Positions 25,261-38,942 of a DNA stretch of 64,000 nt are shown here, in pieces. Each line of letters opens with the position of its first letter. The first letter of the stretch is position 1. The stretch is from Azolla caroliniana (taxonomy: Eukaryota; Plantae; Polypodiophyta), in contig JBHGNT010000002.1 in assembly GCA_043228905.1 (NCBI GenBank), forward strand, positions 2,852,001 to 2,916,000. Reading direction: 5' to 3'. The notes beneath the pieces are model-generated. The model was given only the letters and a program-made list of their open reading frames with translations, made no database searches and was not told the origin of the DNA. The translations under genes and the position numbers were made by a program.

Positions 25261-27280
25261 TGAAGTGCACTTAGACCTAAAGTCTAAACATACTTTATAG
25301 TCATATTATCAACAATGTTGTATGGTCTTGGTCATATTTGAACTTGAGACCTCGAGAACAAATACATTAAACATTTGAGCTAACCAAATGGTTTACTCCT
25401 TTTGAAAGTTTAACATTTATGCGTATAAGATATATGTGAAGGCATTTGCCCATATATGTGTTTTAAATGAAAACATATGTGGCAAGAAACCTTATCTCCC
25501 CCTTGTTAACAAGAAAACTATGTTGGTACGTTACCCAACCTCAAGGGTCATCATTACGATGACATACCCCAAAGTGCAACTTAATGGTCAAGCCACACGA
25601 GCCTTATTTTCGTAGTAGGCCCATGTGGCCCATCACATGGTTACATCATTATGAATGCCTTTCGTAATGATGATTTCATGGTGGCAACGTAACCATGTAA
25701 CGAGGGAGGGATCCGCGTGTCATAGGAGCGACCTCACTTGAAGTGGGTCAAGCCCTACGCTCTCAACATCATTGTGGCAATGATCGTTTTGTTATAAAGT
25801 GTAGTAAGATCGAAGTGACCAATGGGAATGGCAACAATTTTTTTTGTTGAAAAGAGATGGTGACTATGCCATGCTCACAAAAATGTGAGGACGGCCACCA
25901 AGATCCTTTCCCCGAAAAGGACAACGTTCGATATAAAAAATCACGTAATATACACGTATTTATGTTTATCACATGTATACGATTAAATACGTATACACGT
26001 GACCACATGCGTATATTAAAAAAATAAATTGTAACATAACATTGCCAACAAATGATGTAATCAAGACACGTAATTGAGGCATATAGCCTCTATGCACACA
26101 AAATATCAAAAAATAAGGGTGACGTAATACGCAATTGAGGTATTGACCTCTTATGCATACGACACATATCGCATATCAAATACTTAGTAATTGAGGTATT
26201 GACCTCATACGCATACGTAACATATGTATGTGAGTGTAATACGCAAATTAGGTATTGACCTCGTACGCATACGACACAAATCACATATCAAATATATGTC
26301 AAATGAGGGACCTCACAGACATATGTAAACATTTTATACAACCAATTATTACCACTACAACATAATTGAATCAATGTAATAAATTACATATTGACTATAC
26401 ATTATTAGATTGGAAGAAGAAAGAATAGGAAAATAAAATAAGAAAGAGTTATCGAAGTTCCTTTGTTGATAGCTATCTGGATCAAGCTCGATCGTACATC
26501 GATTGATCGCCATTCAACAAGGATAAAACAATCAACAAAAGAAATATGGCTCGGATACCAATTGTTAGAGTTATGTTCTAAAGTAAGCATATGATAAGGA
26601 TAACAAAGATAGATTAATAAGAAAGGAGAGAGAGAAAGAAGGGTGCCGATCCACCCGACCACCCCGAGCGAAGGGATCGAGACGGACTTGAGCCTCGATC
26701 AGTGTCCCATACCACCGTTGTGGCGTCGAGTCGTACCTAGTGCCGGCACGATCGCTACAAGAGTTGACCCACTATAAGAACGGAGTCTTGACGTAGTCAA
26801 GAGGTGATGAAATGAGGGTAGTTAGGCCTCATATTTATAGCTAGACCCAAGGCCCCCAAGTAAGTTCACACTTGGCCTAATGGGTTGTTTCAATCCCGAG
26901 GATTAAAAGTAATCCTCCCCTTCTTTAAACTATCGTTTAACCCTCACACTTTATCCATGTGTGTAGAATACTACGATACATTCTCACCATGGGATATTAT
27001 ATGGTCATGCCCGTAACAATTATGTTATCTCGAATCTCCCATAATCGATCCATAAAATATCATTGAATGCACATTTCAAGTAATATATCAACTTCTTTGC
27101 AAGTGAAACATTGACGTTGTAGAGCCTAAACTTTAATTCTAACATAGAAATATACATATCATGCTCCATGGCATCCATGTTTTGGCTATAATAGTTATCG
27201 ATGATAACAATAGCTAGCTATAGTCAATGTCTAGAGACAAGCAACACGTCCAACATCCATAGGGTTTAGTGAAATTTACA

Positions 27281-27513
27281 TGATGAGCAATGACCAAGGC
27301 AATGCCAAATTTTAGATAAGCACGACAATGAGTGAAATGAGACAAGGAAATAAAAATAACCAAATCCCGTTGGTTATAATATTAGTGTCTAAATAAAATT
27401 TGACGATGAGCAATGACCAAGGCAATGTCAAATTTTAGATAAGCACGACAATAAGTCAAATGAGAGAAGGCGAATAAAAATAACCAAATCCCATTGGTTA
27501 TAATATTAGTGTC
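27281..27513. repeat. Tandem duplication, period ~122 bp
   Basis: GATGAGCAATGACCAAGGCAATG...TTATAATATTAGTGTC occurs twice. Confidence 0.88.
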
Positions 27514-27951
27514 GAAATAAAATTTGGTTTCTTTGTTTATAGGAAATAACTTTCGTTCGAAAAGCATACGAGATAGTAGTATGACCTTGACTCTCCTCCC
27601 AACCATGCGATATATAATCATCCCCTCCCATGCTCCAACCTTTTTAGCCATTGTGTTGGGACAAGCCACCACCTCTAGGCACGTACGTATGCTCTCTATT
27701 GAGGAGTAATCTTGAGAAAATACACAAAGCACATGTGGCATCACCCTCTCTAACGAGACATATTTTCATAATGTTTTTTGGGGGGCTCACATAGGTTATG
27801 TTATAGCTTCAAACATCCATCTCACCCTCAAAACATGCTTAATGGTGGAGAAGTAAAATGTTGAGTGTTAAGGAAATGCATAATTAACACTTTGGTGACA
27901 TTAATGACTCTATACAGGAATGAAGTATCAGGTGGCAATATTTCTAAGTTT

Positions 27952-28417
27952 TTTTTTATTAACAAAAGATACACCCTAGTATTATAAAATCATAAGCAAT
28001 ACAAAAGTTGATGGCTGTTTCAGTGAGAAGAACAACCCCACCAAAACAAAGCTAATGCTAACCATAAATTCATCCATCCATTCATGAGGAGAAGGGACCT
28101 AAAAACATTTTCGATTCATGGATATTTGCAGCCTCCATGCCGATGAGAGATGGTTGAAATAACTTTGGACATCAGAATCGTTGTACACTTGTAGTTATCA
28201 CTCTATTCCACAATATAACTTTCAGCTTGACAACTTTCTGAGCAATTTTCGTGCTTTCAAAGGAGCACCACATTTAACATACATGCTGATCAAAACAATT
28301 GCTACATATGAGCTTTTTCCAACAACCCTTTTTCTCACAATATATGCATGTATTCTAGAACCCTCACAAAGATCCTTCCACCAAGCACAACCTTTGAGAA
28401 ATGACACAACATTGAAA
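27952..28417 (-). pseudogene. Retroposed PLS-type PPR gene fragment with a short poly(A) tail and a ~19-bp TSD
   Basis: TGGCAATATTTCTAAGTTT at 27933-27951 and 28418-28436; T-run at 27949-27957; translation FLKGCAWWKDLCEGSRIHAYI...LISMYVKCGAPLKARKLL. Confidence 0.8.
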
Positions 28418-28739
28418 TGGCAATATTTCTAAGTTTGCTAGGAAAGAGTTCGAAAAAATATCCAATTTTGTTTTTCTCCCATTTTTCTTTAAACAAACAT
28501 CCAAACACCATACATACTCCTAATTGAGATCAAATCAATTCCTATCAAGATAATCACAAGCATGATTCTCTTCGATGTGAGGTTTGTTATTGGGCACTCA
28601 CAAGGAAAATCGTCTATTGTGGATGTTTGGCCATTGTTTGAAAGTGTGTAAGCACCACATTCTATTATAATACGTCACCTTTGAGCTTGCTTTCCCCATA
28701 TTTTCAACCCTCACTTGCCTCTTGTACACACTTATTTCA

Positions 28740-28885
28740 TACTCACAATGTGCACTCTCAATTGCAACATCTATTAGTCAAAATTTTAAACATTGAGAAT
28801 CACTGATGAACTCCACAAGGAATAAGTGAAAGTGCTTCTATTTGGTGTTAGAGCTCGTATTTGATCTTGTAGGACGATCATAAAA
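28740..28885 (+). mobile_element. Short 3' remnant of the LINE family seen at 22841-23763
   Basis: CACAATGTGCACTCTCAATTGCAACAT...AACATTGAGAATCACT...GACGATCATAAAAT resembles 23605-23747. Confidence 0.6.
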
Positions 28886-29339
28886 TTTATGGAAAATGCC
28901 AAAATACCCCATATTTTTTAACAAAAGACTAGAATTCCCCCGTATTTATCTAAAAGAACCAAAAAACACTAGTTCTATTTAAAATACCAACCTTACATTT
29001 TAGAGAACTGAAAATGAAATCTCTAATCATGTTAATGTCGAGGAGGATATTACCTCCAAGCTATATTATGGGCTCTAACTATTCCAACTAGCTTACATTA
29101 TTATGGGTCCTAATTAGATTATTTTTTTAAAAAGCCAAAAAATATGTTGTTGTAACCATGACTTCAAAATTTCCCTAAATATATCCTAATTAATTAAGTA
29201 CTTGCAAAAACATCCTACAATAATTCATTTGTGATGGTCCTCCAACCAAAATGTTGAGAAAGCTATTGGTTACAAGAAGCGCTAAAACATTGTCAAGATG
29301 TTCTATTGAAGATATAATATGTACAATACCACATGTGAT

Positions 29340-29737
29340 TAACAATCAGCAACGGTTTGGTTTGAACCGAATTGAACCGCAAAACCGTGGTTTAACGACT
29401 TAACGGTTTCAACGGTTCGGTTCAGGTTTAGGCTTTTATTAATGGTTCGATTCAGTTTCAACAATCAAAACCCGCGGTTTAAACGGTTATTTATTTTTTT
29501 TAAATAAAAAAATTGTTTTAAAACAATATTTTCATTTTTAGACCCTATTCTCACATTTTAGGAACATCTTAAAATTAAAAAATTAAAATTTTGACCTATG
29601 TTGAAAACCGAAACCGAACCACGAAACCATGGTTTTTACGGTTTCGTGGTTTGGTTCTGGTTTCAAAAAAATTAAATGGTTCGGTTCCAAACTAGTTTGG
29701 ACCCTCTCAAACTGAAGCGAACAGTTGCCGATTGTTA
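29340..29737. mobile_element. hAT-type MITE
   Basis: Imperfect TIRs TAACAATCAGCAACGGTT / AACAGTTGCCGATTGTTA; 8-bp TSD CATGTGAT / CACGTGAT (one CpG-type mismatch); many subterminal AACCG/CGGTT motifs. Confidence 0.82.
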
Positions 29738-31931
29738 CACGTGATGCAACAAAAAGATGGAAACTCTACAAGAGAGATGCATATCTTGAATGATTATTGG
29801 CAAATCACTTACCAATGTCATATGGCTTGTAAGTTGGAACAAAGCACAACAAACCCTACATGAGTGTGTGAAACTTGTGACAATCTCATCCTTTGGAGTC
29901 ACACAATCTCAATTATTGGTTTAGAAATCATAACAAATATAGAGGCGCCTTGTTGTTGTCAAACACACACACATATGTATATATAAGTCGCAAATAGAAT
30001 TTGTGCTTTGTGCAATTGCCATTTACATTCCTGTGACAACCATTTTCTATGTACAAGTATAATACATGTATATTCATCACATCACCCCCCTTTTACAGTG
30101 ACAACATGATGTTGAACATAGAGTTAGAGTATTGGGGATATGTTTCTCTAGATAATGGTGATGGATGTCCACAATTTTATGAGCTTCGACAACATTCTTT
30201 GCAAATCCCCATGTATAGTCACAAGGAGAATAACCTTCCCAATTTCAGTTCATGGTGGAGGTAGAACTACCCATTGAAATTAATTCCCCATGTCGGGTTC
30301 CAATAACGAGACATGAAATGTTGGGGGAAGATACTTAAAAGGTGGAATCTTTATACTAGTTCAATGGGTGTAGAGGCCCTAGTTGGATGGAGACTATGGT
30401 CCTAACTAAATAGAGTTTCATGAAGTTGGTCATTCAAGAAACTCTTGATACTTGGACTTGCCCCTAAAGTACATTTAAAATTCCACATGGAGTATGATCA
30501 TCCCACACAGTATCTATTACAAGAAAATGCAACAAACTAGAACATTGCATTAGAGAGATAAGTCTTTGTGATTATTTTGTGTTGCGCGTTAGTATCACCA
30601 AATTTCATAAGCAAACTCGTCTTGAGCTTTGGTAGTTTCAATATGGATGCTTGAGTTGTTACTCATTTTGCTTGCATATCTAGCATACTCGAGCAAATAG
30701 TGGAAAAGGTACTTGGGAAAAATAAAAAGATTAAAAATAATGTCTTGAGTTGTATGCAAGCTAAACATCTAGGGGATTATGGTTTAAACTAGCATGATTT
30801 GACAAACAAAAATGTTAGAATGCTATAGACAATATAATAAACATGCATATCTCAAATAATCAAATTGGAAAAACAACACGGAGGAAAATGACCCTTAGTG
30901 GTTGTAAAAGAAGCAAACAAGGATCAAAAGGTGACTCAAGGGTTGGGGCACAAGATATCCTGTTTTTTCTTGCCCTTATATACAAGTTGGAACCTTGACC
31001 TTGATGTTGCATTGTGATTCCATGATTGATGACAACATGGTCTCAATCACTTTATGCCTCCAAATGCCCTTGTGATATTCAATTTGTTGTCAAAGCTTAG
31101 ACATTTGAATCTTGAAACTCTTAACATTGAAAAAGAACTCTCTTGTTTAGCTTATAATTTTCGGAAGCTCCAGTATTGAGCCAAAATAATATCATCTCTT
31201 CTTAGCATGCAACACAACCTTTCTTTTCAAGCATGTATCAGACTTTATCCTTGCACATGCACTCAACTTGGACAAAATTTATGCCAACGTATTCACATTT
31301 AACGCACAGTTCCTTGTCATCATCACACATGCACTGTAGTAGTAGTCATTGCAATATGTTACTCTCGGGCATATTTAACCCGTGACCCTTCCAGTGGTAG
31401 TGACTATCTCTTTCCATTTGTGAGCCATGTTTTGTTGTGGTCTTAATCTTTGTCCTTTCCCTTTCTTCTTCCGATGGTCACTTCATAATCCAAAGAGACA
31501 TGCTCTTTCCATCGGAGCCATCATTCATTTGCTTTCTTGATCTTCTTCGCCCGCCTTTCACTTCCAACGAATCGATTCAAAGTCCTTAGACTATGTGCAA
31601 CTTGTCTTGTTCTTTTTACATGCTTTTTCTACTGGGGTCACATACACCACCACATCACAACATGGAGGGGCATTTTGGGAATAAGGAGAAGTGAGGGGTA
31701 TTTGGGATGATTTTGCTAAACATGGGTCATAGGGGTAAATTGGTAATTTCCATAAACCCTCTTATGTCAGAGCTCTCTCTCTCTCTGTATCTGTCTCTCT
31801 TCTTAGGTTTTAAGATAATCCAAGCTCTCCTCTTCTTAGATTCTTAGGTTTCTCTCCATCCCCTGTTTCTCCTTCTTCTCCTTCTTCTCCTTCTTCTTCT
31901 TCTTCCTGTGATTTGTTCTTCTTCTCCAGCG

Positions 31932-34900
31932 ATGTTGGACCTTAACCTGTTTCGGGAGGAGAAAGGTGGGAACCCGGAGATCATTCGCGAGTCCCAGAGA
32001 CGGCGTCGTGGTGAAGAAGGTGCCAAAGTTGTGGACGAGATCATCGAGCTCGATCAAGCTTGGCGACAATGTAAACGGAAAAAAGAAAAACACCAACAGA
32101 TAGAAACCCTTACCCTTCAAGTTTCTCTATAAAACCCTTAATTTTAAATTCTTTCCATTTTTGCTCTAGGTCAACACAAGGTGGAGCAGGACCTTCGGAA
32201 GAAGATGAACCAGATCAATGACAAAGTGAAACAGAAGAAGAAGAATCCAGAGAAGGTTAGTGATTAATTAAATGGAGAAGCACCCAAAATATCCGTAACT
32301 AATTTCGGATATTCTGAGAAAAATGACTTATGTGCATACCTTATGTAAGTAGCAGATCAAGGATTAATCTTTGGTAATTCTTGAAAGGTAGGATTGTTTG
32401 TATGATTTTTTTTCAGCAAGTGAACGTGTCTAGATTTGATAAGGCATATACATGCACAACAATTTATAGGTATACACACACTGACATATAAATAAAGTTC
32501 CTTATTTTATTCACATCCATTTAGGTCACTGAGGAGATCGAGGATTTGGTCTCTCAAATGAATGATTTGAAAGTGTTGGAAGCTGAGACATACAAAGAGG
32601 CCAAAATTTTGAGAGATTTGCTGGATTCAAAGCTCAAGTCAGTGGGAAATCTTGTTCATGATTCGGTACCTATTAGTAATGATGAGGTAATTGCACAACT
32701 TTGATCTCTTCTTTTCCTTGCAAATGTTTCTATTCCTGGTTAAATGCAATGTGAAAGTGATGATGAGTTTTTTGTATGGCATTTAATAGGCGAATAATGC
32801 TGTTATCAGAACTTGGGGCTCTCCTCGGGAGGAAGAAGGACTAAAGAATCACGTTGATCTTGTGGAGCTGCTTGGAATTGCCGATCTTGAGAAAGGTCAG
32901 TAGTTTTGTAAGCTTAATAATTGTGATATACCATGCAAATTTGTATATATATGATGGCTTACTAGGTTGAGTTTCTAAGGATCAGAGAGGTGACGATATT
33001 GAAGCATGTTTTGTGGTCAAACAACTTTATTTGTACACACACGCCCACACATACTGGCTTACTAGGTTCAGTTTCTAATGTTTAGAGAAGAGGAGATTTT
33101 GGAGCATGTTTTGTAATCTACAAATACATAGGGTATAGAGAAGTGAAGCTTTTGCAGCATGTTATGATCGAACATAATGGCCTCTACCATCTAAAAAACA
33201 ACTTGCTCATGATAATGGAAGTAGAGAACAGGAATATGTTTTCATTGTAGGATTCAAAAAGAAATTAAAGGAGGGGAGTTTTGTTTCGGAATATTACTGT
33301 TATAAGATGAGCCTTGCTTGTAACATGACTTGTAAAAAATTATTTTGTAGTTCATGCAAAAACACATTTAATCCCAATTTATACCATGAATGTTTTTTAT
33401 GTGGTTTCTTCCTTTAATGATCTTGGTTCTGTTGAACATCACAACGTTTATTATACAGCATAAGTTTCTGGTATTTGACAAATTCTCGAACATCAAAGAA
33501 TTGCCCTTTACCCAATCTTATTGGGATCAGCGAACATGGTTGGAAACTGTACATCAACTTTAAATTGCTTAACTATGTAGAAAAATGTTCTGCACTATCA
33601 TATGTGAACTCTTGGAGGTGCAAGTTATCTTCTCTGTTTGTTTGTTTGGCATTAAGATATGCACGAAGCATGTCTTGTGGTAGCTGGTTTACATATCCAG
33701 TTTGCCATATGTTGCAGGATGGTTAGCTGTACTGAATGATGTTCAGCTGTTTGAACTGCTGTGATTTACTAAAAACTATGAGCTATTATTTTTCAGGGAC
33801 TGAAGTCGCTGGTGGAAGGGGCTACTATTTGAAGGGGGCTGGTGTTTTATTGAACCAAGCCCTGATCAGCTTTGGGCAGAAATTTCTCTACGAGCGGAAT
33901 TATACACCTATTCAAACTCCCTTTTTCATGAGGAAGGAAGTCATGGGTGAATGTGCCCAGCTTGCTGAATTTGATGAAGAGCTCTACAAGGTAAACGACA
34001 TGCTCAAGTTTTCTTTCTTATGTTTTTTCATTTGTATGGGTTTGCGTGCAAGCTAATATAATTCCAAGTCTGTTTTAATGCTCATGGTTTTGTCTAGATT
34101 ATGTGAATGGGTTCGTTTTTGTCATCTATATTTTTTATGTCACTTTGTGAAGGTGTCAGGGGAAGGAGATGATAAATACTTGATTGCAACTTCTGAACAA
34201 CCATTGTGTGCTCTTCATCGTGGTGATTGGATACATCCATCGAAACTGCCTCTCAGGTAATTGTTTTGTCGAGGATGGCATTGAATAGATCATCAATGTG
34301 ATACACACATATGTGTAAATATTTTTAGGTTGCCTATTTTCTGAAGATATTTATGCAGATGGTGGTGAAATTATAAGTAATTTTGATGAAGAATGTATGA
34401 ACGGAACCCAATACATTTTGCTATCTGGGTGTCTTGCTTAGATATGCTGGCTATTCTACTTGCTTTCGAAAGGAAGTTGGTTCTCATGGGAGAGATACAT
34501 TAGGCATTTTCCGTGTGCATCAATTTGAGAAGGTGGAACAATTTTGTATCACAAGCCCGATTGGGAACAACTCTTGGGATATGCATGAGGAGATGCTGAA
34601 GAACTCTGAAGAATTCTATCAAAAGGTTGGTAGTTGGTTAGTTTTAGTAACTAGTTTAATGCATTTTTTCTCTTCTATTGTTCAATACTATTAGAATAAT
34701 AATAACAATACAGACACGTTTTTAAATTTTATCATATAATGCATATTCTTTTCAATTCATGTTTGCACACAGCTTGGATTGCCTTATAGGGTTGTATCAA
34801 TTGTTACTGGAGCTTTGAATGATGCGGCTGCGAAAAAGTATGACTTGGAAGCATGGTTTCCGGCCTCGAAAACATATCGAGAACTAGTCTCATGCTCAAA

Positions 34901-35521
34901 TTGTACTGATTATCAAGCTCGTAACCTTGAGATTCGATATGGACAGACAACGGTATTGCTTCATATTAGTGGCATATTATTAACCTTAATCATTTTTTGT
35001 ATTCTCTATATAACGTAGTCTTTAGAAAAAAAAATAACACATTTATATTGATGCAGAGCAATGATAAAGGGAAGCAATACGTTCATCTCCTTAACTCGAC
35101 ATTAACTGCTACTGAGAGGACAATGTGTTGCATCCTTGAGAACTATCAGACAGAGGGTGGAGTAAATGTCCCGGAACCATTACGACCGTTTATGTGTGGT
35201 ATTGAATTTATTCCCTTCCAACGACCAGATGCTCAAGCCAAAGGCTCAAAAGCAAAGAAATCGAAACCTCAGGTTCTCACCCTTCTTTTTGAACCTTTCT
35301 TCTATTTTGAGTTTCACAGGTTTATTTATTGGCATACAAATATATATCTGTATCTATGTATGCATGTATATATTATATACTCATACTTATGATGTATACA
35401 CATTTGTAATGTGTGTTATATTTATGTATGTATCTTGCTAAGCCTTTATGGTCGTTTGTAGGATGGATCCACTGCTGCAACGCATGCAGCTAAAGATCAT
35501 AATGGCCCAGCAGCATCTTAA
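31932..35521 (+). CDS. SARS: Cytosolic seryl-tRNA synthetase, 10 exons: 31932-32070, 32170-32255, 32525-32686, 32790-32895, 33797-33990, 34153-34256, 34442-34625, 34773-34952, 35057-35272, 35462-35521
   Basis: [25 protein letters not shown]; [10 protein letters not shown]; YLIATSEQP; motif 2 [27 protein letters not shown]; [14 protein letters not shown]; motif 3 [20 protein letters not shown]. All introns are GT-AG and in frame. Confidence 0.97.
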
Positions 35522-38315
35522 TGCAGCGTTACTCTGGAATCAACGATATTAGCTATACACACATGTAGCTTTTTGACGTCCCCACAATTTTTAGAAAGAA
35601 GAGCTTTATTTTGAGTTTAAAGAGGCGGCTTTAAGGAATTTCACCTCTTAAAATTTGTTGAGAAAATTCTATTTTTTTTTCATTTGCAAATGCTCAATGA
35701 TATCATAGGATATATATGATGACATTTGGGACATCTTAAAAAGAACCGGAGGTGAGCGTATGTTTGTGGAATTAATTCTGTCATTCTACCTCTATGTGTG
35801 TCTGTTTCGCCTGTTTTTGAATCTATCTGCTACCAAAGTTTTTATCTTCGTATTAATGTAATGAGAAAAGTAATGGAACCGGTGTCCTACTTTTAAATAT
35901 CAGCTTGATTTATTGCTGATTCAATTTAATCATTGCAATGATGGAATGCAAGTCAATGATGCAGTGTTGTTTTTTAAATTATATGTTGTAGCTAGGCCAT
36001 TTCTATTTTGCTGTGCTAACAATACAAGATCCATGTTTGAATCTCTACGCAAATTAGTAATGTGGGTTTGTTGGCTACTACACTACAGTATTTAATCTTA
36101 CAATTTATTGTATGCTACAATCGATCACTTGAGATTGCCTTTTTCCTATATATATATGTGCCGGTGGCATGGCTGGTGCACCCTCCCTCTTCACATATTT
36201 TTGCCTTCACTTCAGATTGGAGAAGTTAGGGAAAGTGCTAGGTTCGCTATTGTGTGTTGGCACATTGCATCCCACTTCAATGGGTGGGAAAACTCAACAA
36301 AGTGTGTGAAGGCATGTATATAATGTGGGACTAGGTTGGGTGGTTGTTGGATAAACATGTATGTTATTGGTCAATTGGTGGTAAGACATAAATCACCTTT
36401 TGTTGCCACGATTTTTGAACTTCTATCATGGTCGTCAAGGGTTGTCGGTCTTTCTTTATGGACACCTTGAGTTTTGTCTATTTATATGAGATTATCTTTG
36501 CCATACAAAACAATCACCACTAGAAACCAACCATTAGTATATTTGTCTACCTCGTACAAAAACAATCACCACTAGAAACCAACCATTAATATACTTGTCT
36601 ACCTGAATCTTTCTTCGTCACATATCTCAAAAGAAGTATAAACAACAACTTGTTAGCTCTTCTGCATTTCTTTTCTTTTCCCCACTCTAGATTCACTTTC
36701 TCTATCTTACAAAATTAGTGTTAAGTGCTTCACTCCAAGGGTTACATTATTTATTCTTGAGAAATATGTGAGTTGGAGGTACAAGAAACTTGAATGAGGA
36801 GACCATGACTTTAGTAACATCGGTTGGTAAATAATTTAGAAAGAACAAGTGATAAGTATATCAAGGAACAACTAAAAAAACCTTGCAATTATATAATTTG
36901 AATGGTCAAAGTAGTGATTACAATTTACGAGTATTAGATCAATAAGGGGACATGTAGAACTCACGATTACAAATTGATGATGGCTAATAAATGAGAAACC
37001 TTCACAAATAAGAATTAAATTTTGCAAATTTGCATATAGAAGAATAATGGAAGTAAAGAAAGTAGTCATGAATAAGAGACCTAAAGCAAGAAGAGAGCCA
37101 ATAGTGAGAAGAGAACCTAGCTTACTATTAGGGTTGGGTTGGCTCATTTGTGGTGTCATCTATACCAGGAATAAAGGAAGAGAGAGCTCAATAATTGTAA
37201 TTATAAAGTTGATTAATGGAAATTGTGATGTATGATTAATTGTGTACCTCTGGTGAGATGACAACTAAGCACAAAGAGACCTAATTGCGAGAGGATAGAT
37301 AGCCTAGTGATGAAGAGAGGCTAAGAACTAAGCCCAACTATTGAACACCAAAAGTCTCTCTTGGTTTATTAAACCCCATGCATCCGTTGTACTTTCACAC
37401 ATGTACACATGTTTTTACAAAATTTGGCGAACTTGACATGAAATGATGATAATAGTCACGAGATTGGGATCTCATAAATGATGGTGTTTTTAGAACAAAT
37501 GCTTTGTGAACAAAACAACATGAGCATGATACAAACCCCGTTGGACAAAATCGTTGCAACAGCTGGTTATTTCAATGGGACACCATCTCAAAAAATTTAG
37601 GAATATACAACACTTAAATACGAGAAAAGGAGCATGGCGCGGAACTAAATTGAAGGGTTTTGATTGGGTGATGTTGTCATTCTTACATACTCGTATTGTG
37701 CGGAGTATTAGAATGGCGAGACCTCTTGGTTATCTTTTGAGAAGACATTGCTCGAAGGGTTTTGCCTAGATTATGCAATAAAAACAAGTTGGCGACATAG
37801 ATTTTTTACTAGTGGGTAGCATCAAGCAAAGGACACATAAGTTACATGTGACGATGGTGCTTTCTAAGTTCAAGCACGATTTTGCTAAACTCTCGGAGGC
37901 CTGAACAAGGGTTGGTGGGGGTGAACAAAGTTCTCCTTTCCTTGAAGGTCATTGCATGAGAAGAGCGGATGAAGCTAGGAATTCTATAAGAAGGTGAAGA
38001 TGGGATTGGAGTTACAAACATGTTATAGTTAGGATATGAGAAAGCTATGATATGCGGGCATTGGGGATTCATCTATGGTTGAAACCAGATTTGGGGTGAT
38101 AGATTTGCTTTGCTACTCAACAACACACGATTCCAAGGCAACGACCTCTCACCGTTAAAGATGATTCGAGATTGACAAAAAACATTGGGTCAAGGAAAGT
38201 TCTTGCACGAATAGAACACGAGGAGCGTGGCTCGACTGTTGTGAAGGCGATCTGAGATTGATTTTGAGGAATCAATGGATAGGTCGCATGCAAATTGCAT
38301 GGAATGCATGCGCCG

Positions 38316-38919
38316 CATTGTTGTAAAATACGTAGCATAAAATACATATTTTATAGATAAAACATGTTAAATACATATTGTGGTGTGCATGTGTTCCTTT
38401 GTGCCACCCTTTTAGCTCACCCTTTTTAGATGCACGTACCCAAATTGACCCGCCCTTTTAGCACACCCTTTTTAGGATGCGTGTGCCCAAAATGACCCAT
38501 CCTTTTAGCACACCCTTTTTAGCCAGGCCAACCCAAATGGGTTTCGTTGTATCAACTATAAATTGATTAAGAAGTAAGAAGCTAAGTAGACTGGTTTTGA
38601 TCTCTTATGTGCATTTCACAATATTCTAACTTTAAAAAGAAAAAAACTTAAAATACATATTTTATAGATAAAACATGTTAAATACTTAGAATACGTGTAG
38701 AATACTTGTAAAATACGTAAAATACTTCTTAAATTGTAAAGTTTTTTTAGAAATAAATAAATAAATATTTTTTGAAATGATAAATACTTGTTAAATGCAT
38801 AGAATACGTCAAAATTTAAAAAAACGGCAGTTCTAAAACATAGAATACGTGCAGAAATACTTTCAGAGTATTTCTAAAACGTACTCTAAACATAGAATAC
38901 ACGTTTTTGAGCAACTATG
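38316..38919. mobile_element. hAT-type MITE about 340 bp upstream of the FIS1 ATG
   Basis: Perfect 8-bp TSD ATGCGCCG (38308-38315 and 38920-38927); ends CATTGTTG...CAACTATG; many AATAC(G)T subterminal repeats. Confidence 0.85.
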
Positions 38920-38942
38920 ATGCGCCGACAGATGGCTTGTCT

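Larger units (their letters stand above)
11090..27018 (-). mobile_element. Old, 3'-truncated Ty3/gypsy element (5' LTR ~27018-26563, tRNA-iMet PBS, gag-protease), split by the chromovirus insertion at 11496-23921
   Basis: On the minus strand: LTR TGTTACGG...CTCTAACA with a TATA box near 26835, then PBS TGGTATCCGAGCCA (26560-26547) and gag-like ORFs 24683-23922. Removing the insertion and one AGTCC rejoins the frame: ...EALRT|KQLQF...CVFCKKKGHTKE*CPK (CCHC knuckle)...FLFDSGSSYNFV (protease DSG at 11175-11167). No RT, integrase or 3' LTR seen. Confidence 0.82.

Noticed and set aside
36500-36605. ~57-bp tandem duplication, with similar small ones near 5140-5315, 26070-26300, 32955-33115 and 49703-49866
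   Set aside because: Ordinary local slippage duplications with no further structure.
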